Positions 9,287 through 17,387 of a stretch of DNA of 64,000 nt are shown piece by piece; position 1 is the stretch's first letter, and each line of letters starts with the position of its first letter. The translations under genes and the position numbers were made by a program. The notes beneath the pieces were generated by a model, which saw nothing but the letters and a program-made list of their open reading frames with translations, was not told the DNA's origin and made no database searches. The stretch spans positions 1,572,528 to 1,636,527 of the forward strand of contig OZ238992.1 in NCBI GenBank assembly GCA_965183885.1, given 5' to 3'. Origin of the DNA: Flavobacteriales bacterium. Lineage in GTDB: Bacteria; Bacteroidota; Bacteroidia; Flavobacteriales; BACL11.

Positions 9287-10287
9287 TAAGGAATTTCTAC
9301 TGTGTTTAGTATTTCAGTAATAATATCTTCTGAAGTAATATTTTCAGCTTCAGCCTCATAAGTAAGACCTATTCTGTGACGTAGAACATCGTGACAAAGT
9401 GCACGAACATCTTCAGGAATTACATAGCCTCTACGTTTAATAAAAGCATAAGCTTTACATGCAGCTGCTAAATTGATACTTGCTCTTGGAGAGCCTCCAA
9501 ACGAAATCATATCTTTAAATTTCTCTAGTCCGTATTGCTCAGGGTAACGGGTCGCAAAAACAATATCAATAATGTATTGTTCTATCTTTTCATCCATATA
9601 TACTTCTTTTACTAAGTCACGAGCACGGATAATAGCATCTGTTTTTAAAACTGAATTAGCTGAAGGAAATGACTTTGCTAAGTTATGACGGATAATCATT
9701 TTTTCTTCCTCCTTTTTAGGGTAGTCAATTACTACTTTAAGCATAAACCTGTCTACTTGTGCTTCAGGCAGTGGATAGGTACCCTCTTGTTCTACGGGGT
9801 TTTGGGTTGCCATTACTAAAAATGGAATATCTAAATTAAAAGATTCACCTCCTATAGTAACTTGGCGCTCTTGCATTGCTTCAAGTAATGCTGATTGTAC
9901 TTTTGCTGGAGCACGGTTAATCTCATCAGCTAAGATGAAATTGGCAAATATTGGTCCTTTCTTAATTGAGAAATTTTCATTTTTAGGGCTGTATATTTGT
10001 GTTCCAATAATATCAGCGGGTAATAAATCAGGAGTAAATTGTAAACGACTAAATTTAGCATCTATAGTTTTGGCTAGTGTGCTTATTGCTAATGTTTTTG
10101 CCAAACCTGGAACACCTTCTAATAAAATATGTCCGTTTGATAAAAGAGCAACTAAAAGGCGTTCGCTCATGTGTTTTTGTCCAACTATTACTTTGTTAAG
10201 TTCTAGCATTAACATGTCAATGATAGCACTTTCTTTATTAATTTTTTCGTTTAATTCTTTTATGTCGGTTTGTAATGTTTCTGTCAT
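9286..10287 (-). CDS. moxR: MoxR family AAA+ ATPase
   Basis: LLEGVPGLAKT, QFTPDLLPAD, LADEINRAPAKVQSALLEAM, ATQNPVEQEGTYPLPEAQ.DRF. Confidence 0.95.
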   Translation of the reverse strand: MTETLQTDIKELNEKINKESAIIDMLMLELNKVIVGQKHMSERLLVALLSNGHILLEGVPGLAKTLAISTLAKTIDAKFSRLQFTPDLLPADIIGTQIYSPKNENFSIKKGPIFANFILADEINRAPAKVQSALLEAMQERQVTIGGESFNLDIPFLVMATQNPVEQEGTYPLPEAQVDRFMLKVVIDYPKKEEEKMIIRHNLAKSFPSANSVLKTDAIIRARDLVKEVYMDEKIEQYIIDIVFATRYPEQYGLEKFKDMISFGGSPRASINLAAACKAYAFIKRRGYVIPEDVRALCHDVLRHRIGLTYEAEAENITSEDIITEILNTVEIP

Positions 10288-10307
10288 TGTTTAATTTTTA
10301 TCAAATG

Positions 10308-10315
10308 CAAATTTA
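10308..10315 (-). promoter_or_regulatory. -7 element (TAAATTTG) for the moxR-bat operon
   Basis: TAnnTTTG match 20 nt upstream of the moxR ATG. Confidence 0.6.
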
Positions 10316-10423
10316 AAAGTTCAAGTAAAAAAATACTAAAATATTAACGAGTATTTTTTTAGCTTAGTATTTTCTTAGAAAAATAATAGTTTTAGGAATA
10401 GGAGTTGTTTTCTTTCAGTATAG

Positions 10424-12406
10424 CTACCTTATTATAAAAAGATGCCCCATCTCTTGGTGTTTCCATTCTTCAAAATCTTGAAAGTAAATTTCATAAACAT
10501 AAACTCCCATAGGAAGGTCATTTTCTGTTTCATAATGCTTTCCATCCCAACCATTTTCATTTAAGAAACACTCTAATTCATTAATGTTGTTTGTAGTGTA
10601 AACTAGGTTAGACCCTCTGTTGTAGACGTTAAAGTAGAAAGTCTCAATTCTAACCCCATTGTATGAGATGCAGAACTTATCATTTTTACCATCTAAATCA
10701 GGAGTAAAGCTATTTGGAATATACATCCAATATTTATCAGCTACCCATAATTGTTTAAAGGTTGTATCACTACACCCAAAATTATCCTGTACTACTAAAC
10801 TTATTTGGTAAACCCCTAATGAGTCGGCATATTCATGGTATGGGTTTCTTGTAAAATTATTAGGCGAATTATCTCCAAAATCCCATGTCCAGTCTGTTAT
10901 ATTTCCTAAAGAGGCGTCATTTAATTGTAGTGTAGGGTGTAAAATATTTATAGTGTCCGAAACTGTTGTAAAATGTGCTGTTGGTGCTTCTCTTAAAGTT
11001 ACAAAAGCTTGTCCTGATATTGAACCGTATCCATTTATATCTAAAACAGAAACAAGTGTATAAGTTCCTTCCTTACTTGTGTTGATAATATAAGGGTTTA
11101 TTGAGGTTGTAATGCTTGGTTGTGAAATCCCGTCAATTGCATAGATGAAAGTATAAGAAGCTGTAACGTTACTAAAAGTAATTTTGATTTCAGCAGCACC
11201 GGGGATATTGTCGCATATAGTGTCATTCCCGTAGATAAAAGCATTTAAATTACTAGTAACGCAAGTATTTATACAAGAGCTGTAAGAACTGAATGTTCCA
11301 AAGCCTGTTCCAGGGTCTATACAGGCACCATTAATACAGTCCCAACTTGGAGTAGTAGCGCAAACAAGCGCACAAGAAGCAGAATCGGAATAAATTCCAC
11401 TACCATTCCCTGGGTCAATACAAGCTCCGTTTATACAGTTCCAACTTTTTGAGGTGCTAATACAAGTTGAAGTATCTGAACAATCCCCGATATTTAGTAT
11501 AACGGCATAATTTCCGCTTGAGGTTATTGTAAATGTTTGATTTGTATCTCCAGGAATAATTGTATTATTATTACAATCAAACCATTGATAAGTTGCATTA
11601 GTGTCATTAGAGATAAGGGTGTTTCCAATTTGTGAAATGCCTAAGTCAAATATCCCTAGCCCTGTCCCTTCTCTGAACAATGACAATATTTCACAATCAG
11701 TTAGGATGTCACTATAAAGTCGAACATCATCAATTTCACCTGAAAAAAATTCGCCAGTACCACCATCTTTAAACCTTCCCATCATCATAAACTGGCCTGT
11801 TGTTTCCCATGTTCCTGAAGAAACATCTTTTTCTGCTAGTATTTGAATACCATTCATGTATAGATATACGCTATCTTTTACGTTATCTTTCATAGCAACT
11901 AAATGATGCCATGAACTTAGTGAGTAATCGTTACTAGTATGAAATGATATATGTCTAGTCCCTGAAACGTTCCCGAAACTGTATCTTATGTCAAAATCCA
12001 TATCAGCATCTAGATTGTCAATTCTAAGCATTAAAATATTTCTTGAACTTGGACTATCAGCATCACTATCATCTTTATCATCATATCGAAGTAAATTTTG
12101 CTTAGCATTAGTGTTGCAATTGAACCAGAGACTTATGGAACTAATTGTTGATTCTTCATAATGTAATGAGGCATCATTCCCTAAATTAATCCAGTCATCT
12201 GTTCCGTCAAAATGGTAAGCACTATTTGTATTTCCAAATCTATCTGCTGTTAAAGAGGCTCCATTTACAACTCCATTATTTGAATTTGCAGAGGCATCAT
12301 TTGCATTTCCATTAAATGGATAATAAGCATCTAAATTATCAGTGGGAATTTGAGCTTGAACCTGGCAGATAGTTGCTATTGTAATAATAAATAATATTCT
12401 TTTCAT
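10424..12406 (-). CDS. T9SS type-B cargo: LamG-like jelly roll + Cys-rich repeats + Ig-like + PKD + gliding-motility-associated CTD
   Basis: Signal peptide; YYPFNGNAND..DRFG..AY.FDG..WHHLVA..LYMNG..FSGEIDDVRLY (LamG); WTWDFGD (PKD); IPNSFTPD.DG.ND...WDG...GVY.Y (type-B CTD). Confidence 0.88.
   Translation of the reverse strand: MKRILFIITIATICQVQAQIPTDNLDAYYPFNGNANDASANSNNGVVNGASLTADRFGNTNSAYHFDGTDDWINLGNDASLHYEESTISSISLWFNCNTNAKQNLLRYDDKDDSDADSPSSRNILMLRIDNLDADMDFDIRYSFGNVSGTRHISFHTSNDYSLSSWHHLVAMKDNVKDSVYLYMNGIQILAEKDVSSGTWETTGQFMMMGRFKDGGTGEFFSGEIDDVRLYSDILTDCEILSLFREGTGLGIFDLGISQIGNTLISNDTNATYQWFDCNNNTIIPGDTNQTFTITSSGNYAVILNIGDCSDTSTCISTSKSWNCINGACIDPGNGSGIYSDSASCALVCATTPSWDCINGACIDPGTGFGTFSSYSSCINTCVTSNLNAFIYGNDTICDNIPGAAEIKITFSNVTASYTFIYAIDGISQPSITTSINPYIINTSKEGTYTLVSVLDINGYGSISGQAFVTLREAPTAHFTTVSDTINILHPTLQLNDASLGNITDWTWDFGDNSPNNFTRNPYHEYADSLGVYQISLVVQDNFGCSDTTFKQLWVADKYWMYIPNSFTPDLDGKNDKFCISYNGVRIETFYFNVYNRGSNLVYTTNNINELECFLNENGWDGKHYETENDLPMGVYVYEIYFQDFEEWKHQEMGHLFIIR
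10499..10555 (-). repeat. 57-bp perfect inverted repeat, copy 1 (partner 20007-20063)
   Basis: AATGGTTGGGATGGAAAGCATTATGAAACAGAAAATGACCTTCCTATGGGAGTTTAT occurs in both genes. Confidence 0.9.
10629..10826 (-). repeat. 198-bp inverted repeat, copy 1 (partner 19736-19933)
   Basis: Base-by-base comparison: identical except 10654 vs 19908. Confidence 0.93.
11261..11446 (-). repeat. Two tandem 29-aa Cys-rich coding repeats
   Basis: SWNCINGACIDPGNGSGIYSDSASCALVC (11360-11446) and SWDCINGACIDPGTGFGTFSSYSSCINTC (11261-11347). Confidence 0.9.
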
Positions 12407-12409
12407 AGT

Positions 12410-12568
12410 TTATTTAATCCTTGTTAATTCCCAATTAGCTGTTCCGTGAAAATTATTTCCGCTAAAACCATCAGCATTTCCATTCATTGGGTAATATAAA
12501 AGTAGATTGTTGGTGATTTGCCCAAATAGTGAAAATGGTAGGTAAATAAGTAGAATTATTTTATTCAT
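12410..12568 (-). pseudogene. 52-aa truncated paralog of a LamG-protein N-terminus (signal peptide + first LamG strands)
   Basis: MNKIILLIYLPFSLFGQITNNLLLYYPMNGNADGFSGNNFHGTANWELTRIK*; aligns with QIPTDNLDAYYPFNGNANDASANSNNG of the next gene; TAAATTTG at 12601-12608 upstream. Confidence 0.7.
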
Positions 12569-12710
12569 GTAAGAGTTCTTTTTGTACTATGTGCTTTTTG
12601 CAAATTTAAGAAATAATTCTAACTGTTATGTGATTTATAAACAGTTTAAATACTAATAAATTGCTCTTAATCTATTGCTGGGAAGCAGCATGTATTTTAA
12701 AATCTAATAC

Positions 12711-12718
12711 TATCTTTG
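12711..12718 (+). promoter_or_regulatory. -7 element (TATCTTTG) 4 nt before the truA ATG
   Basis: TATCTTTG-CCCA-ATG. Confidence 0.65.
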
Positions 12719-12722
12719 CCCA

Positions 12723-13466
12723 ATGCGTTTTTTTGTTGAATTTTCTTATAAAGGTACAGCTTATCATGGTTGGCAAATACAGCCTAATGCAAATACTGTG
12801 CAGGCTGAACTTAATAAAGCATTATCAATACTGCTAAATATTCCTGTAGAAGTAAGTGGAGCAGGCAGGACAGATGCAGGAGTACATGCAAAGCAAATGT
12901 TTGCACATTTTGATATAGAAAAAAATTTTGATATAGAAAAATTAGTATTTAAATTAAATAGTTTTTTGCCAGATGATATTGCAGTAAGTGATATAGTAAA
13001 AGTTGATGATGATACGCATTGTCGCTTTGCAGCTACAAGTAGAACTTATCAATATCATATTTCAAAACAAAAAGACCCATTTAATAGTCAAGCTTATTTT
13101 TATTATAAAAAGTTAGATGTTAATGCTATGAATACAGCTTGTAAGTATTTGTTAGGAAAACAAGATTTTACATCGTTTTCAAAAGTACATACTCAAACAT
13201 TTACTAATAATTGTGAGGTAATGTTAGCGAGGTGGGATGACAATGGTAGTGAACTAGTTTTTACAATAAAAGCTGATCGTTTTTTAAGAAATATGGTGCG
13301 TGCAATTGTAGGGACCTTGTTAGCAGTAGGTGAAGGAAAAATTTCTGCTGATAGTATAATTGGGATTATTGCTAATAAAGATAGGTCAAGCGCTGGGGTT
13401 TCTGTTCCTGCTCAAGGGCTGTTTTTGATAGAAATAGAGTATCCTTTTTTGGAAGGAGGAAGTTAG
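12723..13466 (+). CDS. truA: tRNA pseudouridine(38-40) synthase TruA
   Basis: Y.GT.YHGWQ.QPN, GAGRTDAGVHA, FLRNMVRAIVG. Confidence 0.96.
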   Translation: MRFFVEFSYKGTAYHGWQIQPNANTVQAELNKALSILLNIPVEVSGAGRTDAGVHAKQMFAHFDIEKNFDIEKLVFKLNSFLPDDIAVSDIVKVDDDTHCRFAATSRTYQYHISKQKDPFNSQAYFYYKKLDVNAMNTACKYLLGKQDFTSFSKVHTQTFTNNCEVMLARWDDNGSELVFTIKADRFLRNMVRAIVGTLLAVGEGKISADSIIGIIANKDRSSAGVSVPAQGLFLIEIEYPFLEGGS

Positions 13467-13492
13467 TTTTTGATTTTGAATTAGGGATAAAA

Positions 13493-15259
13493 ATGAGTGA
13501 GGATAAAACAGGAAATGTATTAGATTGGGATTTACTTAAAAGAGTAATTACTTATGCAAAACCTTATAGGTTGCAATTTGTAATTGCAGCTGTTTCTGCA
13601 ATCTTATTGTCATTCTTAGGTCCTTTACGTCCTATGCTTATCAATTATGCTATTGATAATTATATTGTTATTCCTGATAAGGAAAAACTTTTAGATATAA
13701 CAACACTACTAATTGGATTGCTTTTTTTTGAGGGGCTTGTTCAGTTCTTTTATATCTATCTTTCTACTTGGATTGGGCAACATGTAATCCAAGATTTAAG
13801 AGTGAAAGTTTTTAAGCACATCTTATCTTTAAAGATGAAGTATTTTGATAATAATGCTATTGGTACATTAATTACACGAACAGTTTCGGACATAGAAACT
13901 ATTGCAGACATTTTCTCACAAGGGTTATTGGTTATTATTGCGGAATTATTGAAGCTGATTGTCGTAATTACGATGATGTTTTATACTGATTGGCGTTTGG
14001 CAATTATTGCAATGTTAACTATTCCTATTTTATTGGTTGCTACGGCTTGGTTTAAACGAAATGTAAAAGCTGCTTTTCAGGATGTTAGAGAGCAGGTTTC
14101 ACAGCTTAATACTTTTGTTCAAGAGCATATTGTAGGAATGAACATTGTTCAGATTTTTAATAGAGAAACATCAGAGTATAAAAAGTTTAAGTCAATTAAT
14201 GGAAAGCATAGAGATGCAAACCTTAGATCAATCTTTTATTATGCAGTCTTTTTTCCTGTAGTAGAGGTGCTCTCAGCAGTTTCAATAGGGTTAATTGTAT
14301 GGTATGGTGGGGAGCGTATTTTATCAGGAGAAAATATTACAATAGGGGAGCTAATAGCATTTATATTATTTGTTCATATGATGTTTAGGCCTATTAGACA
14401 ATTAGCAGATAGATTTAACATATTGCAAATGGGTATTGTAGGTTCTGAGCGTGTATTTAAGGTGTTAGATACTGAGGATAAGATAGAAAATGAGGGTGAT
14501 AAGTTATTGGGAGCATTGAAGGGGTCAATTAAATTTGAAAATGTAGATTTTTACTATAAAGAAAATGAATGGGTCCTAAAAGGCTTAAGCTTTGAAGCTG
14601 AAGCTGGAAAATTACTTGCTTTGGTAGGTAGGACAGGAGCAGGGAAAACATCAATTATTAGCGTTTTAAATCGCTTTTATGAGATACAGAATGGAACAAT
14701 AACAATAGATGGTGTTCTAATTGAAAAAATTCAACTTGAAAGTTTAAGAAAAAATATTGCCTTAGTGCAGCAGGAGGTGTTTTTGTTTTCTGATTCTATT
14801 TTAAATAACATTACCTTGTATGATACTACTATTACAAGGAATGATGTGGTTAGTGCTGCTAAGGAAATTGGAGTGGATGAGTTTATTAATACACTACCTA
14901 ATAGTTATGATTATGTAGTGGGTGAACGAGGAGTTACTTTATCGGCAGGACAACGGCAACTTATTGCATTTCTAAGAGTGTATGTTCGAGACCCTAAAGT
15001 TTTAATTTTAGATGAAGCTACATCTTCAATAGATACCGCTACTGAAGTATTATTACAAAGTGCATTAGAAAAATTATTAAAAGATCGTACTACTATTGTA
15101 ATTGCTCATAGGCTTTCTACTATAATAAATGCAGATAAAATTTTACACTTAAAAGATGGTACTGTTCTTGAACAGGGAACTCATAAGCAATTGCTTAGTA
15201 ATGGTGGTTCTTACGCTGAACTGTATGAGAAACAGGCGGGTGTAAGAGTGAGTGAGTAA
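13493..15259 (+). CDS. ABC exporter half-transporter (MdlB-like)
   Basis: TM domain, Walker A GRTGAGKT, LSAGQRQ, LDEATS, IAHRLST. Confidence 0.92.
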   Translation: MSEDKTGNVLDWDLLKRVITYAKPYRLQFVIAAVSAILLSFLGPLRPMLINYAIDNYIVIPDKEKLLDITTLLIGLLFFEGLVQFFYIYLSTWIGQHVIQDLRVKVFKHILSLKMKYFDNNAIGTLITRTVSDIETIADIFSQGLLVIIAELLKLIVVITMMFYTDWRLAIIAMLTIPILLVATAWFKRNVKAAFQDVREQVSQLNTFVQEHIVGMNIVQIFNRETSEYKKFKSINGKHRDANLRSIFYYAVFFPVVEVLSAVSIGLIVWYGGERILSGENITIGELIAFILFVHMMFRPIRQLADRFNILQMGIVGSERVFKVLDTEDKIENEGDKLLGALKGSIKFENVDFYYKENEWVLKGLSFEAEAGKLLALVGRTGAGKTSIISVLNRFYEIQNGTITIDGVLIEKIQLESLRKNIALVQQEVFLFSDSILNNITLYDTTITRNDVVSAAKEIGVDEFINTLPNSYDYVVGERGVTLSAGQRQLIAFLRVYVRDPKVLILDEATSSIDTATEVLLQSALEKLLKDRTTIVIAHRLSTIINADKILHLKDGTVLEQGTHKQLLSNGGSYAELYEKQAGVRVSE

Positions 15260-15311
15260 GATTGTATTAGCGATTTTTCTCTTTGATTGTCTTTTTTAGT
15301 ATTTTTGTAGA

Positions 15312-17384
15312 ATGCTAAAAAAAATAATTATTCTATTTGTGGGTATTTTTTCAACGACATTGATAAGTGCTCAAATAGTAATTGATAATAATACACCTTA
15401 TGATGCTCCTGCTTGGTTAGTAGATAATATCCTTTTAGGAGGAGGGGTTACAGCTTCTAATATTATATATCAAGGAGATTCGTCTCAAATAGGTTGGTTT
15501 GATGCGGTAAATACAAACTTAGGTATTGATAGCGGTATAGTGCTTTGTACTGGAGATGTTTATGCTCTTGATCCTACAAATATAGGACTTGGTGCTAACC
15601 CAGCAAATATTGTTGCTGACCCTGATTTATTGAATGTTGCAAATTCAGTTCCTCCCTTAATTGGACAAACTTTTACCGTTTCAGGAATAAATGATGTGGC
15701 AATATTAGAGTTTGAATTTATTCCTACTTCTGATTCTTTAAAGTTTAATTATGTTTTTGGTTCTCAAGAATATTTTGGATTTGAGAATACTCAATATAAT
15801 GATGTTTTTGGTTTTTTCTTGTCAGGACCTGGAATTACAGGTGCATATTCATCCCCAGCAGGGTTTCCAAACGGATCTATCAACTTGGCTGTAGTTCCAG
15901 GGTCAAATCCACCTTTGCCAATTACAATTTCCTCAATTAATAGTGTAACACCAATAAATCAACAATATTTTGTTCCAAACCAAGGTACAGCTTTAGATAC
16001 TATTGATGATGCTGATGGAATGACAACAGTACTTACTGCTAGAGCTTTGGTGCAATGTGGAGAAACATATCATATTCGTTTAGCTATTGCTGATGGTGCA
16101 GATCAGGGTTTAAGTTCTTATGTTTGGTTAGAAGCAGGGAGTTTTTATTCTCCTCCCCTTGAAATTATTGATGAGTTGGGAATTGATTCTACAGTTATGG
16201 AAATTCCTTGTAATTCATCTATTATGTTAACTGCAAATGGAGGAGCTGGAGCTACTTATCAATGGTTTGATTCTTTAGGAGTTGTTTTTGGTACTGATTC
16301 ATCAGTAATAGTAGGTGCAGGAACTTATTGGGTTGAAGCAACGTCTTTAGGTTGTCCTGTAGTTTCGGACACTCTTCGAGTTATTCAGGATGATTCTCCA
16401 GTCTTTGATTTAGGTATGGATTATAATATTCCTTGTAATACAACAACTTTTATTGATCCTGTAGTTACTGGAGGGAGAGGTAATCCTTTTTATACTTACT
16501 TATGGAATACAGGAAGTACTGATACTATACTAGAAGTTAATCAGGGAACATATATCTTAGAGGTAGATGATGGGACAGGTTGTTCTTTTAAAGATACACT
16601 TGTTATTACTGAAGATGCAGCACCTCTTACTGTTATATCTGGAGGAGGAGCTATTTGTGATGATGGGTCTTTAGCTACAATTTCATTTAATTTTAATGGT
16701 TTGTTGCCTTGGGAATTAACATATACTGATGGGAATATTAATAATACTGTTACTAATATTATCTCATCAACTTATACATTCTTATCTTCTGTTGAAGGGG
16801 ATTATCTAATAGTTAACTCTAAGGATGTTAATTCCTGCGTCTCTGATACTCTTGGAAGTGCTCATATAAGAGTTAATCCTCTTCCTCTTCCTGTAATTAC
16901 TCCTAATGATACTACAATCTATATTGGAGATATAGCAGAACTAGATGCAGGAAAATTTGTTAGTTATAAATGGTATACTATTGAGGATTCTTTGGTAGCT
17001 ACTACTCAAGTATTAGAGGTTGCTGATTCTGGAACTTTTTATATATGGGTTGAGGATGAAAATGGTTGTACAAATGTTTCTGATTCAGCAGTAGTACATA
17101 CCCTTCCTAAAACGGAATTATTTGTACCTACAGCATTTACTCCTAATGGAGACAATCATAATGAGCTACTAGCTATTAAAGGAGTAAATATTGCTGAATA
17201 TAACCTTAAGATATTTAACAGATGGGGTGAGCTACTTTTTGAGAGCAATGTGTTAGAGAAATATTGGGATGGTTCTTTTGAGAATGAGAAAGTAGCTCAA
17301 GGTGTTTATTATTATACAATAGAAGCTCTTGGAGAAGATAATATACTGTTTAATCTTTCAGGTACTGTTAACGTAATTTATTAA
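15312..17384 (+). CDS. T9SS type-B cargo with choice-of-anchor L-like N-terminal domain, Ig-like modules and CTD
   Basis: DVAILEFEF.P...F.YVFGSQEY...YNDVFGFFLSGPG...YHIRLAIAD; CTD FVPTAFTPNGD.HNE..IFNRWG..WDG..GVYYY. Confidence 0.88.
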   Translation: MLKKIIILFVGIFSTTLISAQIVIDNNTPYDAPAWLVDNILLGGGVTASNIIYQGDSSQIGWFDAVNTNLGIDSGIVLCTGDVYALDPTNIGLGANPANIVADPDLLNVANSVPPLIGQTFTVSGINDVAILEFEFIPTSDSLKFNYVFGSQEYFGFENTQYNDVFGFFLSGPGITGAYSSPAGFPNGSINLAVVPGSNPPLPITISSINSVTPINQQYFVPNQGTALDTIDDADGMTTVLTARALVQCGETYHIRLAIADGADQGLSSYVWLEAGSFYSPPLEIIDELGIDSTVMEIPCNSSIMLTANGGAGATYQWFDSLGVVFGTDSSVIVGAGTYWVEATSLGCPVVSDTLRVIQDDSPVFDLGMDYNIPCNTTTFIDPVVTGGRGNPFYTYLWNTGSTDTILEVNQGTYILEVDDGTGCSFKDTLVITEDAAPLTVISGGGAICDDGSLATISFNFNGLLPWELTYTDGNINNTVTNIISSTYTFLSSVEGDYLIVNSKDVNSCVSDTLGSAHIRVNPLPLPVITPNDTTIYIGDIAELDAGKFVSYKWYTIEDSLVATTQVLEVADSGTFYIWVEDENGCTNVSDSAVVHTLPKTELFVPTAFTPNGDNHNELLAIKGVNIAEYNLKIFNRWGELLFESNVLEKYWDGSFENEKVAQGVYYYTIEALGEDNILFNLSGTVNVIY

Positions 17385-17387
17385 TTT

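Noticed and set aside
3898-10294. Plus-strand and alternative-frame ORFs within the bat operon (e.g. 4922..5254, Ser/Phe/Cys-rich)
   Set aside because: Antisense or frame shadows of well-supported genes; the 4922 ORF merely mirrors the E/K/Q-rich BatC linker.
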